DNA of 61,617 bases, counting the filler, from Choristocarpus tenellus KU-1152 (taxonomy: Eukaryota > Protista > Phaeophyceae), in NCBI GenBank assembly GCA_964200185.2. It is 8 parts of 8 records of this genome, joined end to end, with 100 filler letters (N's around TTAATTAATTAA, not from the genome) between each part and the next. Parts side by side here need not be neighbours in the genome. Positions count along the whole stretch, not along the records: positions 1 to 12,761 come from CAXNAD020001712.1; positions 12,862 to 23,923 come from CAXNAD020002532.1; 6 more parts are not named here. One strand, written 5' to 3'. Below, piece by piece: positions 1-12,881 of the stretch (position 1 is its first letter; each line of letters begins with the position of its first letter). The notes below the pieces were generated by a model. That model saw nothing but the letters and a program-made list of their open reading frames with translations, was not told the origin of the DNA and ran no database searches. Made by a program: the position numbers and the translations under genes.

Positions 1-112
1 AAGCGCACTTACGTTACCCATCCGAAGTATGCAATCAATTCATCCAGAAATCATGACATTGAAAAATTGGCCCCAAATGGACAGCCGCCATCCTCCCCAG
101 ATACTTTGAACC
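1..112. mobile_element. MITE family A, terminal fragment
   Basis: CCAAATGGACAGCCGCCATCCTCCCCAGATACTTTGAACC is the reverse complement of the family A end seen at 23883, 31410 and 41733. Confidence 0.8.
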
Positions 113-998
113 CTTTGTCAGGCATACACATCATCATTTCTGTGCCCATATCCACCCACAAATCACAATTGAGTTAGGCATGGTCACAGAAAATTGAGGA
201 AAGTGGGTTCAGGTTTAATCCTGCAACACCACAAGGGCAGGGTGCCCTCCAGTGGAAAGCCCGAGGGCAAGTTCTCTGTTCTGAAGAGGGGGAATACCTT
301 GTACCTCCCAGGGAGGGAGAATGTGAGGCACCCTCCCCTGTTACCCTCATCCTTCTTTCTGCCCTTTCCCAGTTTACCTCCCTACATGCTGTCCCTTCCT
401 CTTCCTTCCAGCAGGAAGCACACTAACATTTATAATAGATCGAGGGCTAAGTGCTAAGTGTTAGGGCCAGGTCACATCTCTGCCAAACCTTCCACATCCC
501 ACCTTTGCAGCCGTTGGAGATTAGCCACACCTTCATGGGTAGCTATATACATGTCTCACTTACGTGGGGTCATCACAGGAGATGCAATGTGATGGGAGTT
601 GGGAGAGTGTATATGAATATATATATATATATATATATTAAGAGGAGAAGCCTCGCTGTGGTTTATAACAATTGAATGCAGTGTAATATTATCTCTCTCC
701 TTACGCAAAGTACTCCAGAGCATACATGTGTTGGAGTATATAGTGGAATATAATGAGAAAATAGAAATCTGATCTTTCTCCCAATTATATGTGCCGTTTC
801 TCTGAAACCATACGTCAGGTCAATAGGGCTTACACTCCCCATGCCAACACAGATTTTGACTGAGGGCTCAAATATATCTATGCCCTCCATTGCAGTCAGT
901 ACCACAACCCAAAAATTGAACATCCTGCATAAAGTTTTGGACTGATTGCCTCAACAAGTAGTTCCCCCCTCGCTACAATCCCAAAAAGCAGCAAACAG

Positions 999-3900
999 GT
1001 GAGGGCAATGAAGCAGGGGGCAAGGTGGAGGCGACTACAAGGGGAATCTCAACGGTTACTGCTGTTGCCGTTAATCCTGTGATAGAGGTTTTTGGCCACC
1101 CCAGTGTATTGCAGTTTCCTGGGCTGGGCGACACCTCTTTTGCTGATGAAAGTCGGGATGAAATTCCGGATGTGGCTTGGGAGGCTTGTGAAATGTTGCA
1201 GGACCATTTCCGCGAGAAGGAGGAGCTCAAGGCAAGGTCCAACTTCCTCATCTACCGGGTAGGCATGTCTTGGGGGGAGAAGGGGAGATGTGGGAGAGGG
1301 GGAGCATGGAGTTGGGGCGGGTGTGAAGTGTCCATGGTTGGTATCTAATTTAACCCGCCCCATGGATCTGATTGCTGTAATTAAAGGTTACTTTGTACCG
1401 TGTACCCACTGCACCATCCAATTTTGTGTTTTCAAGCGCACGGGACCCCCGATGCTGGCACGAATGCATATCAAGGCCCAGGAAAGGCAGAAGACAGCCT
1501 TTGCTGAATTTTACGATGCCAGGCGTGTTCAAAGGAGAAATCTCAGGGCCTTGCATAGGATCACAGCCCATTTAGCAGTGCTCAGCAAGTGAGGGAGATT
1601 TATGTTATAGATGGGATTATAATGAGGGCAATAGGATGGTGGAAGTGATGGTTGAGATCCACATGGCATGCCTCACCTGTTTGTCACCTGTTTGTCACCT
1701 GTTTGTTCAGCAATAGGGGGTTCAACTTTGATGCAATTTGATCTCATTGTGGGTGAAATTGACCTCTCAACAGGATACAGGCAAGGATGAAGGGGAGGCA
1801 GGTTAATCACGTGTGTGCAGTGTCTGTAGGAGTGCTTGCCTTGGGAGGATTGTGCTCTTAACTTTGTCGACTCAGGATACCACAATCTCATGATCAGACC
1901 TAAAGGCCTTTTTATACTGCAGTACCTGTCCTGTGTGTGGGAGGCACGACCAAGATACTTCGAACTGCTACATAATCAGGCACTTAATAATTCAGGTCCT
2001 ATCTTGATTGAGATGTAGTTTGAAGCTATTGTTACCCTATAGCTCATTCTTTCGGCCCTTTGTTGAATTGTTCTAAAACGTATCCAATACCAGAGAGTCA
2101 AAGTATCTTAGAGGGTAGAGCTGCATCCATTTGGGGGACAAAATCCAATGTTGCAATTTTGATGTAATTTTGCCTATCATGTTTGTTGGAGGATGTCAAT
2201 ATCCTTGTTCCAGACCGTAAAGTATACATTTTACAAACTCCGAAGCATTTCAGAGTAGGAAAATGTAAAAAAAAACCCGTTGGAAGCCAAGCCCCAAATC
2301 GACAAACAGGGAAAAACTCGTACCCTCTAAGATACTTTCACTCAGAAGACTCGTCCTGATCCATGTTCCGGCAGAGGAGCAGAATCAGGGACACAATGAA
2401 GACGTTACATCATCCTTACCTGTATCGCCCCTCTGTTGTAGTATCGTGATACATCACATTTTCCGATATTTTCGAAAGATTATTGCTCTTCATACAGAAA
2501 TGTGGAGTCAGGTTCAAGGAAAGCTTTTGAGGAATCTAGTGGAATGCCAGAGATGTGTACCTTGTGAGTGTGTGTGGATGTTTACTTACTCCCACCGCCA
2601 AATCAATCCCCATCTCCAACTCCCTACAAAGTGGCCTCCTTGGCCACACGACCTCCATAGGCATTACAATGGTAAACAAGGACACTACCCCCTCCTCAGC
2701 GGGAATCTCTCTGGAGCTAGACATACCTGACACTGATACCCTTTCCAAGGCTGGGGCTGGTGAAGGACACCAAGCTGTCGACAGAGGTGAACATAGTGGC
2801 AAAGGTAAAAAAGAGTCAAAATCAACATAATAATAATGATACGGATGAGTGCTAGAATAATTTGCTATTATCGCAGGATAATATATTCTTCTTATTCTTT
2901 CCTATTGTAGTAAAAAGATTGCGTGGCGCAGTGCATATAGTACAGGCAGTTGCACAAAGAAAAAATCCTACCACTCCGTATATAGATAGTACTGAAGTGG
3001 TGTATATTGTATTGTTGAGTCAATAGGATGCGTTCACCCTGAAATAATTCCCAGTTACCTCAATCTGTCGCTACCCCCTATTTCTTGCATTGTGGCAACC
3101 GGGGAACTAGAGACAGTGAAAAACAACAGTCATGGTGGTCCTCATGCAGGAGAGGTGGATGTGATGGCATCGAGGGGGGAGCAAGAACACAACAGCAACA
3201 CCACTGACCAAAAGAACCCTACACGGAGGAGTAGCAAGAAGAGGGCTGCCAAGGTCAAGGCAGAAGTGGTAAACACTCAAAATGTTGGTGAGAATGGGGA
3301 AGTCAAGGTGGAAGACAAAGGGGTCAAAAAGGAGAAGGAGAAGGTGGTGACTGAGACAGCAGAAAAGGTGACTGTATATGAAGAACGGCGGCAGCCCCTG
3401 CAAGAGGATAGGAGAGGGCGCACAAGACAGATGAACATTTTAGACAAGCGCCTTACCAAGGTCAGGTGTAGCACGCCAATAGGAGAGAGGGACAAAGATT
3501 TAGAGGGTAGGGAATGCAAAAATATTGCAAAAAGTAGCACCAATTCTATTGGATCAATGAAGAATCTAGACTTTCTATTATTGGCTGCGTAAAATCTGAG
3601 TGCCATCTCCTCTTGTCTCCTGGAAAATTTTGTTGTAGCTATGAATCTTGGCGAGAATCCTATGTGAGGTGGAAGGAAACAAATGTTCAGAGTGGAATGA
3701 AATATGTGTGGGAGGATGTCAGAGGGGTCAGTGGACCAGGGTAAGGTGGCATGAGCATGGATATAGGATCTCTCTTGAAATGCAGTGGAAGTGGAGGCTA
3801 GAAGGTGCATGTGAAGAGGGGTATATGCAAGTAATCCATATTTGGGCAGTGTTAAGGAGTCAAAGGAAACAAAGAGGTACCCAGAGTTATGTGTTGAGGG

Positions 3901-6900
3901 TGTTGACAAATATGCGCAATTTTTGACTTCTTCTACAAATGTGTTCGGGATATTTTCTGAATTGTGTCGGAAAAAGTTTCAAACCATAGAGAAATAAACG
4001 CTCTCGTGCCAAACTTAGAACTTCATCCATAGAAATATGGGCGAATGAGAAAAGACTGAAAAACAGACTTGAAATGAAAAATGTCCAAAACCTGAGTGCA
4101 TCTTGTTTACTTTGGCCCAATGCCTATAGCTTGAGCAATCAATACGGGCGCTTCATGACTGATTTTCAAGGCAATGCCTTTGTCCTTGCCTCAGCCAAGA
4201 TTTAAACCCATTCTCTGGCAGCCTCTGCTCCAATCCCAGTCCCAGCACTAACCCAGCTCCAAAACCAGCAATTGTTTGACCACCCTCCCCCCCCTAATGC
4301 ACCACAACAGTTATTGTTGCGAAGAGAGGCACTCCTGGAGAGAGTTCAGGTTGATACTGGCTTCTGTGACATGGGATGTGTTGCTCGCAAGAGACGGGAG
4401 AGGGCATTGTGCAAGTTTATGGAAGCTGGGGAGATGCGAGGGTTGGCAGGAGATGCCAATGCGAAGAAGTTCACCAAAAATTTCATGGTGAGCCGATTGA
4501 TGAATTGATTCTACGCTGTCATCCCTCCAACTCAGTCCTCTTGGTTGTTGAATCAAACTGGATCAAGGACGATTTCAGGTTTATAATGTCAAGAGTAGAA
4601 GAGTAGGTTGAGGTTGTAATGGTGCAAGCTAGTTGGGCATTCTATTTGCATTTCATTCGCACGTGTTAGTAGTAGAGCTCAAAACAATGGACCACGGATC
4701 CATCATTATCTCTTCTACTCAAACGAGATTTTTTTTCCCCTTCCTCAAGCGTCTAGTATCCTGCTGCTACTGCTATCCCACCCAACCCAAACAAGCTTTG
4801 CATATCCTACTGGAACCAATAAAGGATGTCTGTGCACAGTTCCCAATGTAGTCCCAGGATAGAAGTCTGACTTACTGTGAAGTAAGTATTGGGTCTGGGA
4901 TAGGAAATTATGCATAGGCTTCACTATTGGACCAACAAACCTTGTGGTTCATATGTTAGAACAAAGAATCATATGTCTGCCATTAAAAATGCTCTTAGAG
5001 CACAAAGGTCGCCTTCTATCTTGTGGGAGTGGGGGTGGAACTTGGGGGTGGGGGGAGAGGGGGAGGGATGCAACAACAGTGAGTTATTTTCTCGCAGAAG
5101 AACCAAGTCCAATTTTCCTTTGCACTAGAAATGCAGAGCTGCAAAGGAACAAACCAAGGACGGTGGTTGTGGTGGTGGGAAAGGGTGTGTTTAGGCAGTG
5201 GGAACGGAAAGGAAAGCTAATGTGAAATCACTATGAAGTACGTTGGAGTAATTTGGTAGTCTGTGGATACACTTTAACAATCAATAGCACATCTTGTCAT
5301 GAACCTGGTCTTGTCACACTCATATTGTGTGTTTGGATAATTTGGGTCAACGCTATCACAGTATGTCAAGTGAGGACAATAGTGCTGTATTTCCACCCCC
5401 TCCAACATCGATCTATTCACACCAGATTGCTACATGACAAAAATATTTAATGCTCTTCCTACATAGGAGTATATTTCCAAGAACATGGTGGACGTGCTGT
5501 ACCACGTGTTCATCAAGGCGCAGGAACATTCGTATGGGGATACACTGCGTGATTGCATACAAGCCTGGCACCTGTGGTATTTGGAGAGGAATTCAGTCTC
5601 TCTCTACAACCGACAGCGCATGCGAAACTGGTGATGATCAAAGCTGAAGGGATGGGACTGCAGGGTGTGAGAGGGGGACTTGAGGGGACGAGATGGAACG
5701 GGCATTTGAGGCAAAGGAGCTACTTGTGCCTTTCCTGCTGTTGACTTGATACCAAGATACTTGTAGTATTGTAGAAGTAGGTGAGGGGCCGTCTTTTTCC
5801 TCCAGGAGGTCAACTTTCACATTGGATTCCGTCTTTGGTGTCTCTCTTGTCTCTGAGCCCCCCCATTACTTCTCTTACCTGAAACGCTTCATTCCCTCAT
5901 GTTACGGTACAGCTCGAGGTCCACATTGTACTCGAAAGCAAGCACTCGCTACTAAATTCTCACTTTCTGTAACTTTCATGCAAAACTACTGCAGGCTGCG
6001 CATCTGTGCTCGCCTGTGTTACCTGCACAGAGGCATGCCCCTCTACCGCCACCTCCGAATCAAGTGGGCAGTATTCCAAAAACTTCTAGCAGCAGTGGAA
6101 TATCGATTCTGCTATGGAACTGATGGACTTCCACAACGCCTTCGTCGTTGCAGTGAACTTCTTCTGGGATTTTCCGCCCTCCTCAAGGGCCGAGGCCTGG
6201 TGCCTGGCTACTATTGCCCAAGTGTTCTCTTACCCGCCACCCTTGACTTTCGAGCACTCTTTCAGCGATGGAAGCAGCATACACAACAGCGGGCGATGAG
6301 GCGGCTGCTCGAATCCCTGCTCAATGAAAGGAGACGCCTAAGACAGTTACGGGGTGTGTTTCGAGCTTGGCACATGGGGTTCCCTCCTGCTGCAGCAGCA
6401 ACTACATCAGCAACGCAGGTGGAGTTGACAGGGGGTAATGAGAAGGAAACAGTGGAATGGGGTGGTGCCACTGTTGCTGATGTAGGAGGTGAGGGCAAGA
6501 ATAGCAGAGTTAGCGATGAGGGGGAGGAGAACTACATGTGCCTAAGGGGTTGTGTGCGTGTGAGGGAGGGGAGAGAGGGGACAAAGAAACCGTTTGGGGA
6601 GCTCCAGGTAGACTCAGACCTAGAAGTGGTGAGGAAAACTATAGTGACCGAGTGGAAACGAAGCATTGTTCATGCCATTGGCTGGAGGCAGAGGAGGGAG
6701 GAAGTGAGGCTGAAAAGGACTGCCAGGATACAACCAACGTAAGTGATTGGCACAAAATAAAGAAAAAACAGGAAAGGCAGGAGTCAGTATCTTGCTTGGA
6801 ATATTCTATGGGCATGTTCACGTGTTCGTGTGTTCTTCAACTACCACCCATGGTTTCTCTGAACAACAGCATTGCCTTAGTTGCTGCACAACGGTTGCCA

Positions 6901-9900
6901 AATGGAGCGGTAGGAGCTTTAGGCATGTAGTACAGGTGTATTTCATCAGGAAAGCTGTTTGGTGCTCCAAGACTTACACACTGTGCAACACCCAGTATGT
7001 CCTAACATAAACAGTCTTGGGTGTACCATATGTCACTGCTATGCCTATTGAGGTCCCTATGAACAACAGCCCCGGCTTGCTCACTTGCTCCTCCCCTAAC
7101 CCCACTGCTGGACATTTCCACAGATTTAAAATGTTCATGCTGTACCACCAATGGCAGGCATCTGAGCGTGTCCGTTCTGAGTCCAAACTCCTCGTGGACG
7201 CCTTCTTAGAAAGGGGGAAGCTCAAGTTCAAGGATCTATCTCCCCCATTCACAACTGGTCTATCCTTGGCGAGCAACACCAAACCTGCTCTGTGGGGAAG
7301 TACAACAGAAGCAGTAGGTGGGAGGAGTTCAGGGCATGATCTTGTTTGCACCTGTGACCGCCCAGTGCCTGGGGCATACCTTGTCAGTGAATTAAGGGTA
7401 TTGACTCGCATTGGACAGGGAGTGGTTGGGATCCAGCTGGTCATGCAAGGTGGGAGTGGTGTGGGAGTTGTTGGGGGAAAGGATGGAGAAAGTAGGACCA
7501 TGGAGCTCTCCCCTCACGGCGCCATCCTTGGAGAGGGCCGGACTTCAAGAGTCCATGTCTTTGCCCTTGACTGTCCAACAGAGAGACTCTCATGTTTTGA
7601 ATGTAAACATGGAGACACTATTGAAAGGCTGCGCGCGCGCACATCAACCGGGCGCTGGAGTCCTTGGTTTGGAGAATCCCTCAGTGAGGCCTCCCATATT
7701 ACTATTTTGCCTGACTGGTCAGGGCGCTGCGCCATGGCAGCTGTGGCAATTGCAGAGGCCAAGACAACAGCGTTGGAGAAAGGAGAAAACATAGTAGGCG
7801 AGGGGACGCCAAGTGTACAGGCAAAAGGAGTCAAGGAGGCTGAGGGTGTGGGAGTAGCAGGGGGGGTGGGGAGTGTGTCCGCGGTTCAGTGGGACCCTCA
7901 TCAGGAATACATAACAGGCCTGGTAGGAACACAGACATCAGAAAGGTTGGTTAGCCTTGGGGTGGTGACACGGCATGTTTTCAAGTCGCACATCTTTAGT
8001 TACCTTTGGACATCACCTGAGGAACCGGACCTGGTCAATAATGATTGGGGGTCCAGGGAAAGAAATGGAGCTGATTCTTCTATTGAAGCCCAGGAAGTAG
8101 AGTTGTCGAACTCACCTCGGTCACAGTTGTCAGGACCTTCATCTTTCTCGCAATCTTTGTCGTCAGGTGGACAAAAAAACACCCAAGAACCGACATCACT
8201 GCGAGAAAGGTTATATGTTACAGTTGCTGGCAAGGACAGGGAAGGAGATTCAATAGGGGGAGCAGCAGGGGTAGATGTGGAAGGATCAGGGGAAACTTCC
8301 ATCTCAAGGTTGGAAATGAAGCGAAGGAGATTTTTGAGGGACAAGGCTGCAAGGGAGAAGAAGAGAGAGCAGGCAGCATGCCTTGCCCAGGTGGCTGCTG
8401 AAGAGCAGCGGCTGATCCAGGAGGGGGACGCCAGAGAAGTCAGTAGCCCAAGCAAGACTAGAGGGGGTGTCGGGAGTGGCAGTGGGGACATTTCTGCCAT
8501 TGTAAGTCCACAGGAAGAATTTTCCTACATACTACGCATGCGGAGGACAGATGCAAGGAGAGCGCTTGAACGCTCAATGAACCTAGCACGTGCTATGTGG
8601 GGTCAGGGGGGTGATTCTGCTCAAGCACGGCATGCTGCATATTCCTGGGCTGGAGAAAGAAGCAATCCATTGGCCAAACTAAGTTGCATCATGGGGTTGG
8701 TAAATTGGTTACATGAGGCGCTCCTTCCCCACCTTGTGCCCCTTCCAAAACCGACTTCCTGGACTGATGCACTCTTTATGAAGGGAGAAAAAGAGATCCA
8801 GGGGGCCCGTCGCACAGCTGATCGAGCAATGAGATTGAAGAAGAGATACCAGGACCTTGAGGACGAGCGGAGGCTCAGACCACGGCGGGGAATGCTGTCC
8901 CCGTGGGAGAGAGAGAGGGAGGTTATGGAAAGAGAGGTGGGGAACTATTGTCCTACCGACATTAACTCCCTCCCACTTGGCTACCTCTCCTTCTGCATCA
9001 TTACGTCTCTCCTGCTCAGTGATCGCATTGTGTCCATGACACTCTATATCTCACTCAATAATGTAGTAACTATTTTTTGGAAACCCCGCTGCCTGCTTGA
9101 TCCAAATTTGCAAGAGAGTTAATTCATTGGGATACAGGTGGCAGAAATACTCGGCACAGGGATACGAGGACATGGTATTGGCATGGGTTGACATAGTGTT
9201 CTGCTATAGAGTGATGATATAGATATCTAATGGGTTGGAAAAGTTTGAAAGGGGAACTCTGCTAATTAGTTCAGTACGGCATGCAGACTAGTTATTCTTT
9301 CTTTTTCAGATCTTTTTTTGTCTTGGTGTACCTGGAGAGATCTTCATGAAACAGATCGCTTGGCATTACAAATCACAAAATTCTCATCCTTACATCTGAC
9401 TTTGAATAGTAAGGTAATTTCATGTTGAGTACTGTGTACGTTATTCTTATGGCTTTTTGACGTCTGCGGAAATTGCAATATCAGAACATTTGGAGCGATC
9501 AATGGTTGTAATGTGGGGGACATGGCGCAATTTGATCACCAACTGACATTTTACAGATGAGCTTAGAGCGCCCCCTACAATACTCTTGCATGATTGAGCA
9601 GGATTTATTGGCAGAAAACTGTACCGAGTACTTCATTGTGTGTAGTAAGCATTGCCCTCTCTCTTCCTCCTCTCCAATACTTTCCCCCCTTTCCACTCCA
9701 TGCCACAAATACGGCTTTATCTTTCCCTACAGAACTTGTGTGCATGGAAAGCAGAGAGTTCAACCTTGATGGCTGCTGCCAACGTCCAGAATGGATTGGG
9801 GGAGGCTCTTCTGGATTCGGTCCGTGAACACATGCCCAAGATCTCCCTGAGACCAAGCAGTATTCGATACTACATAGACATGCTTGCCCTTGCAAGGAAG

Positions 9901-9948
9901 CAACTCACATTAGAACGTGAATTTGGTTCTCAGTGCTTCAGGGAGAAG
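999..9948 (+). CDS. Large multi-exon protein of unknown function with a jacalin-like (beta-prism) domain; partial model
   Basis: GT-AG exons that join in frame: ~999-1258 and 1437-1588; then 4222-4487, 5467-5630, 5995-6738, 7124-8936, 9733-9948. The phase between 1588 and 4222 requires further exon(s), possibly near 2498-2563 and 2632-2804. Exon 7124-8936 has jacalin-like motifs (ERLSCFECKHGDTIERLRARTSTGRWSPWFG; EYITGLVGTQTSERLVSLGV) followed by charged coiled-coil-like sequence. Start and stop not located. Confidence 0.7.
2095..2343. mobile_element. MITE family B (~250 bp)
   Basis: 23-bp TIRs GAGTCAAAGTATCTTAGAGGGTA / TACCCTCTAAGATACTTTCACTC; 3-bp TSD AGA; body matches the other copies. Confidence 0.9.
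3092..3926 (+). other. Charged, low-complexity ORF pair: either a host exon or a decayed retrotransposon gag
   Basis: ORFs 3092-3592 and 3648-3926 are Lys/Glu-rich and broken by a stop; I could not fit splice sites in phase with the flanking gene. Confidence 0.25.
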
Positions 9949-12687
9949 GTAGTTGCACAAAACATCCCTGGACAAGAGTGGGCAGCGGTCTCCTTTGATT
10001 TCGATGTGAGTTGGGAGTAGATGGAATGGTGGTTGAGTCAGACCAGGAAGGGCATGTAAAGCCCAATGAAGCAGTTGGGTGGTTTGAGAAGGGTTGGCAG
10101 TAAGAAAAAACACAACCAGTTCTTGGGCCTTGAATTAGCGTGAAAGAATTCTGAAGCAACCACTATTCATGACATATCTTACTTCTGCTCCGTACAATAC
10201 CTATTTTTGGAGTAGGAAAACGTATTTTACACTAGTGTGTGCATTATTGGAATTGCATATGTAGGTCTTGAAAGAAATATATATAGGGAAGATAGTACTT
10301 GAATTCATGCACACGCACACTTGCTCTTTTTCAGTTTACACACAAAAACTAGTGAGAATTACTGTCCCCCAGATAGTGCTCATCATTCAAAAAGGTTTGA
10401 CCATAATCCATACATGTCTTTATGCACACTGTTCTAATGCCTCCACCGTACACAAAATTTGTACTCCACAGTATTTACCTGTGCTCTTTTCACTGACAAG
10501 TGATGCCAAGATATTACGATAAGACAGCAGGGGGGATTGTGCGGCAATTACTCCTATTTGCGGAACAACACAAGGGGGCTCTATTGGTGGATGTGTTCCT
10601 TGTTGCATTAATTCCCATCCATTTCAATCTTACTTGAAATGTTATCACTACTATTCACCAATTAATTTCTTCCAAGTACATGCACTATTCCTAACATGAA
10701 CCTCCTCCTCTCTCACAATCACTCCCTTGCCACCCACGCATGTGTGAATCTACTGCCCACCCCTCTGTGGGAGGATGCAAACAACCAATGGGAACAGCAT
10801 GGGGGATTATGGGATTCACCTCAACAATCTAGTGAGTTGCGCAGGGAACTGAGTCAGCACATCCGGCCGAAACAATCAACTATGTTGGAGAGAACGAAAG
10901 GGCTACGACTACTGGGGATATCGTATGCTCTTGAGGAAGCCCCTGCAACAGAAAATGAGGGGAAGCACACAGTGAACAACTGACCAGGCTGTGAGCTCTT
11001 TCATGCTGGTCAAGTGTCCATATCCTTCTTGGACAGTTGGATGTCGAGTGTTAGAGGAATGGGTATAGAGCTTGCTCTATATTCAATAGGTTACGATTCT
11101 TGTATCTTATCTAGATATTTTGTCTTGTGCCTGAAGTTTGGACACGCTCCACTGTTACTAGTTTTGTCTCCTTATCATTTGGGTTGCACTTCGTTTATTT
11201 TCCAGGCAAGTAATTGTTTTGATAAAAGTTCCACTTGAGTACAACAAGCTGTTCTTGTTATTGCATTCTTCTCAGCTAGCATACCTTTTTGGTTGAGATA
11301 TCCCCCCCCCTTAGTATGGTCTAGATTGAATTTTATACCATCCTCACTGCCAAGGCAAAGGAAGAAGTAATTGTGGTTACTTGAATCCTCCTAACTCCTC
11401 AAATGATCGTGATTGGAGGAAACAAAAAAACAGCCCCCACTCTATCGTCAAACCGACATAGATAGATATTCCGGACTACATGGAATCTGGGAGACAACCA
11501 TACACGGAAGGTGCTTGCTGACATTGCTTAAATTTGAATTAGTCACGATTTGAGTAGGAGGGACGGGCCAGAATCCCATGTGCTTGGAAAATGTTCACTC
11601 TCTCTCTCTCTCTCTCTTTGCCTGGATGGCATTAAGCCGTCACATCCTCACACATCCTCCAGGGGCAGATCAGCTGGGATAACAAACCACCACATCCTAC
11701 CCACTTGTAGTTTCTATGTCCAGTTCCCTCCCTGGTATTTCTATACTTGCTCGGCTCCTTGCTGTGTCCGTTTGATTGGGCAGGGAGGAAAATGGGGTCT
11801 TCAACCATGTCCATTTCTGTCCACTTCTAATGACTTCCCCCTTCCGTGCTGACAGTGCTCTACAAAGGTAGTGAATGCATGAAATAATTGCAATTAACAA
11901 TACAATGCGACAAGTTCATACTCAAAGAAGGCATAATGCATGGAATATATGGCTCCACCAGGGCTTTTCATTTCCCAGTTTTTTTTCTAAGTACTCACTA
12001 TTATTCTTCTACTGCTCCTTCTGGTATTATCAATTTTGCTATGGAGACAAAAAATAATGCTCAACAATAATGACAAATGACTATCCAATATCTTCAACCG
12101 AATTTCAATGGTTTCAAATGTTTCCTCACCCAATCCAAGAAATGAGTCAAGGTTCACATCTCTTTTATCAGACGTATAGTAGTACTGTAGTATAGTTAAA
12201 TTACGTTCTGTACTGTTGAGAGCAAGATAAGGGTTTTACGTTGAAATGTGTGTTGGATAAAAAAATATGCATTTCCTAATTTCCCACCACACATCATTAA
12301 AAAAAATATGTATCCTTCTACATATTAACAATTTTTACCACCACTTGCCGCACTAATAGTACTATATATTTTGTAATAGAAAAAAAAAGTGTAGTCTGTC
12401 TTCCTTGAGCAAATGCTTTTCTTCAGCAACCCACCTATCCCCCTCTTCTCATAATTTATAACATACCACTACATTGTGGTTGCAATTAAATGCTTCCTCT
12501 GTTCGGAGTTAAATATAACACAGCTATTGCAGCCCCGATGAAGAAGCATTTTTTTTTTTCATGTTCATATTTTATGGGTGATTTGTACAGATGGTAAAAG
12601 GTTACCTATCAAAATCTCAAGCAAAAAAGGGAAGCCTACACCTCTATCTATGATTCCGCCCCCGAGGTCCTCCAAAACTCCGTTCCA

Positions 12688-12761
12688 GGGTCAAAGTATC
12701 TTGGGGGGGGGGTGCCGGCGTCCGTTTTTCACCCTTTTTTCGATTTTCACTTTTTTGGGGT
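12688..12761. mobile_element. MITE family A (GCCGGCGTCCG subtype), end truncated by contig break
   Basis: GGGTCAAAGTATCTTGGGGGGGGGGTGCCGGCGTCCGTTTT; matches the ends of the copies at 42538 and 46217. Confidence 0.75.
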
Positions 12762-12861
12762 NNNNNNNNNNNNNNNNNNNNNNNNNNNNNNNNNNNNNNN
12801 NNNNNTTAATTAATTAANNNNNNNNNNNNNNNNNNNNNNNNNNNNNNNNNNNNNNNNNNNN
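12762..12861. other. Artificial contig spacer (N44-TTAATTAATTAA-N44)
   Basis: Identical 100-bp spacer also at 23924-24023, 36101-36200, 43879-43978, 51174-51273, 54995-55094 and 57920-58019; TTAATTAATTAA gives stops in all six frames. Confidence 0.97.
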
Positions 12862-12881
12862 CCCTTAAAAATTCTTCTCAC

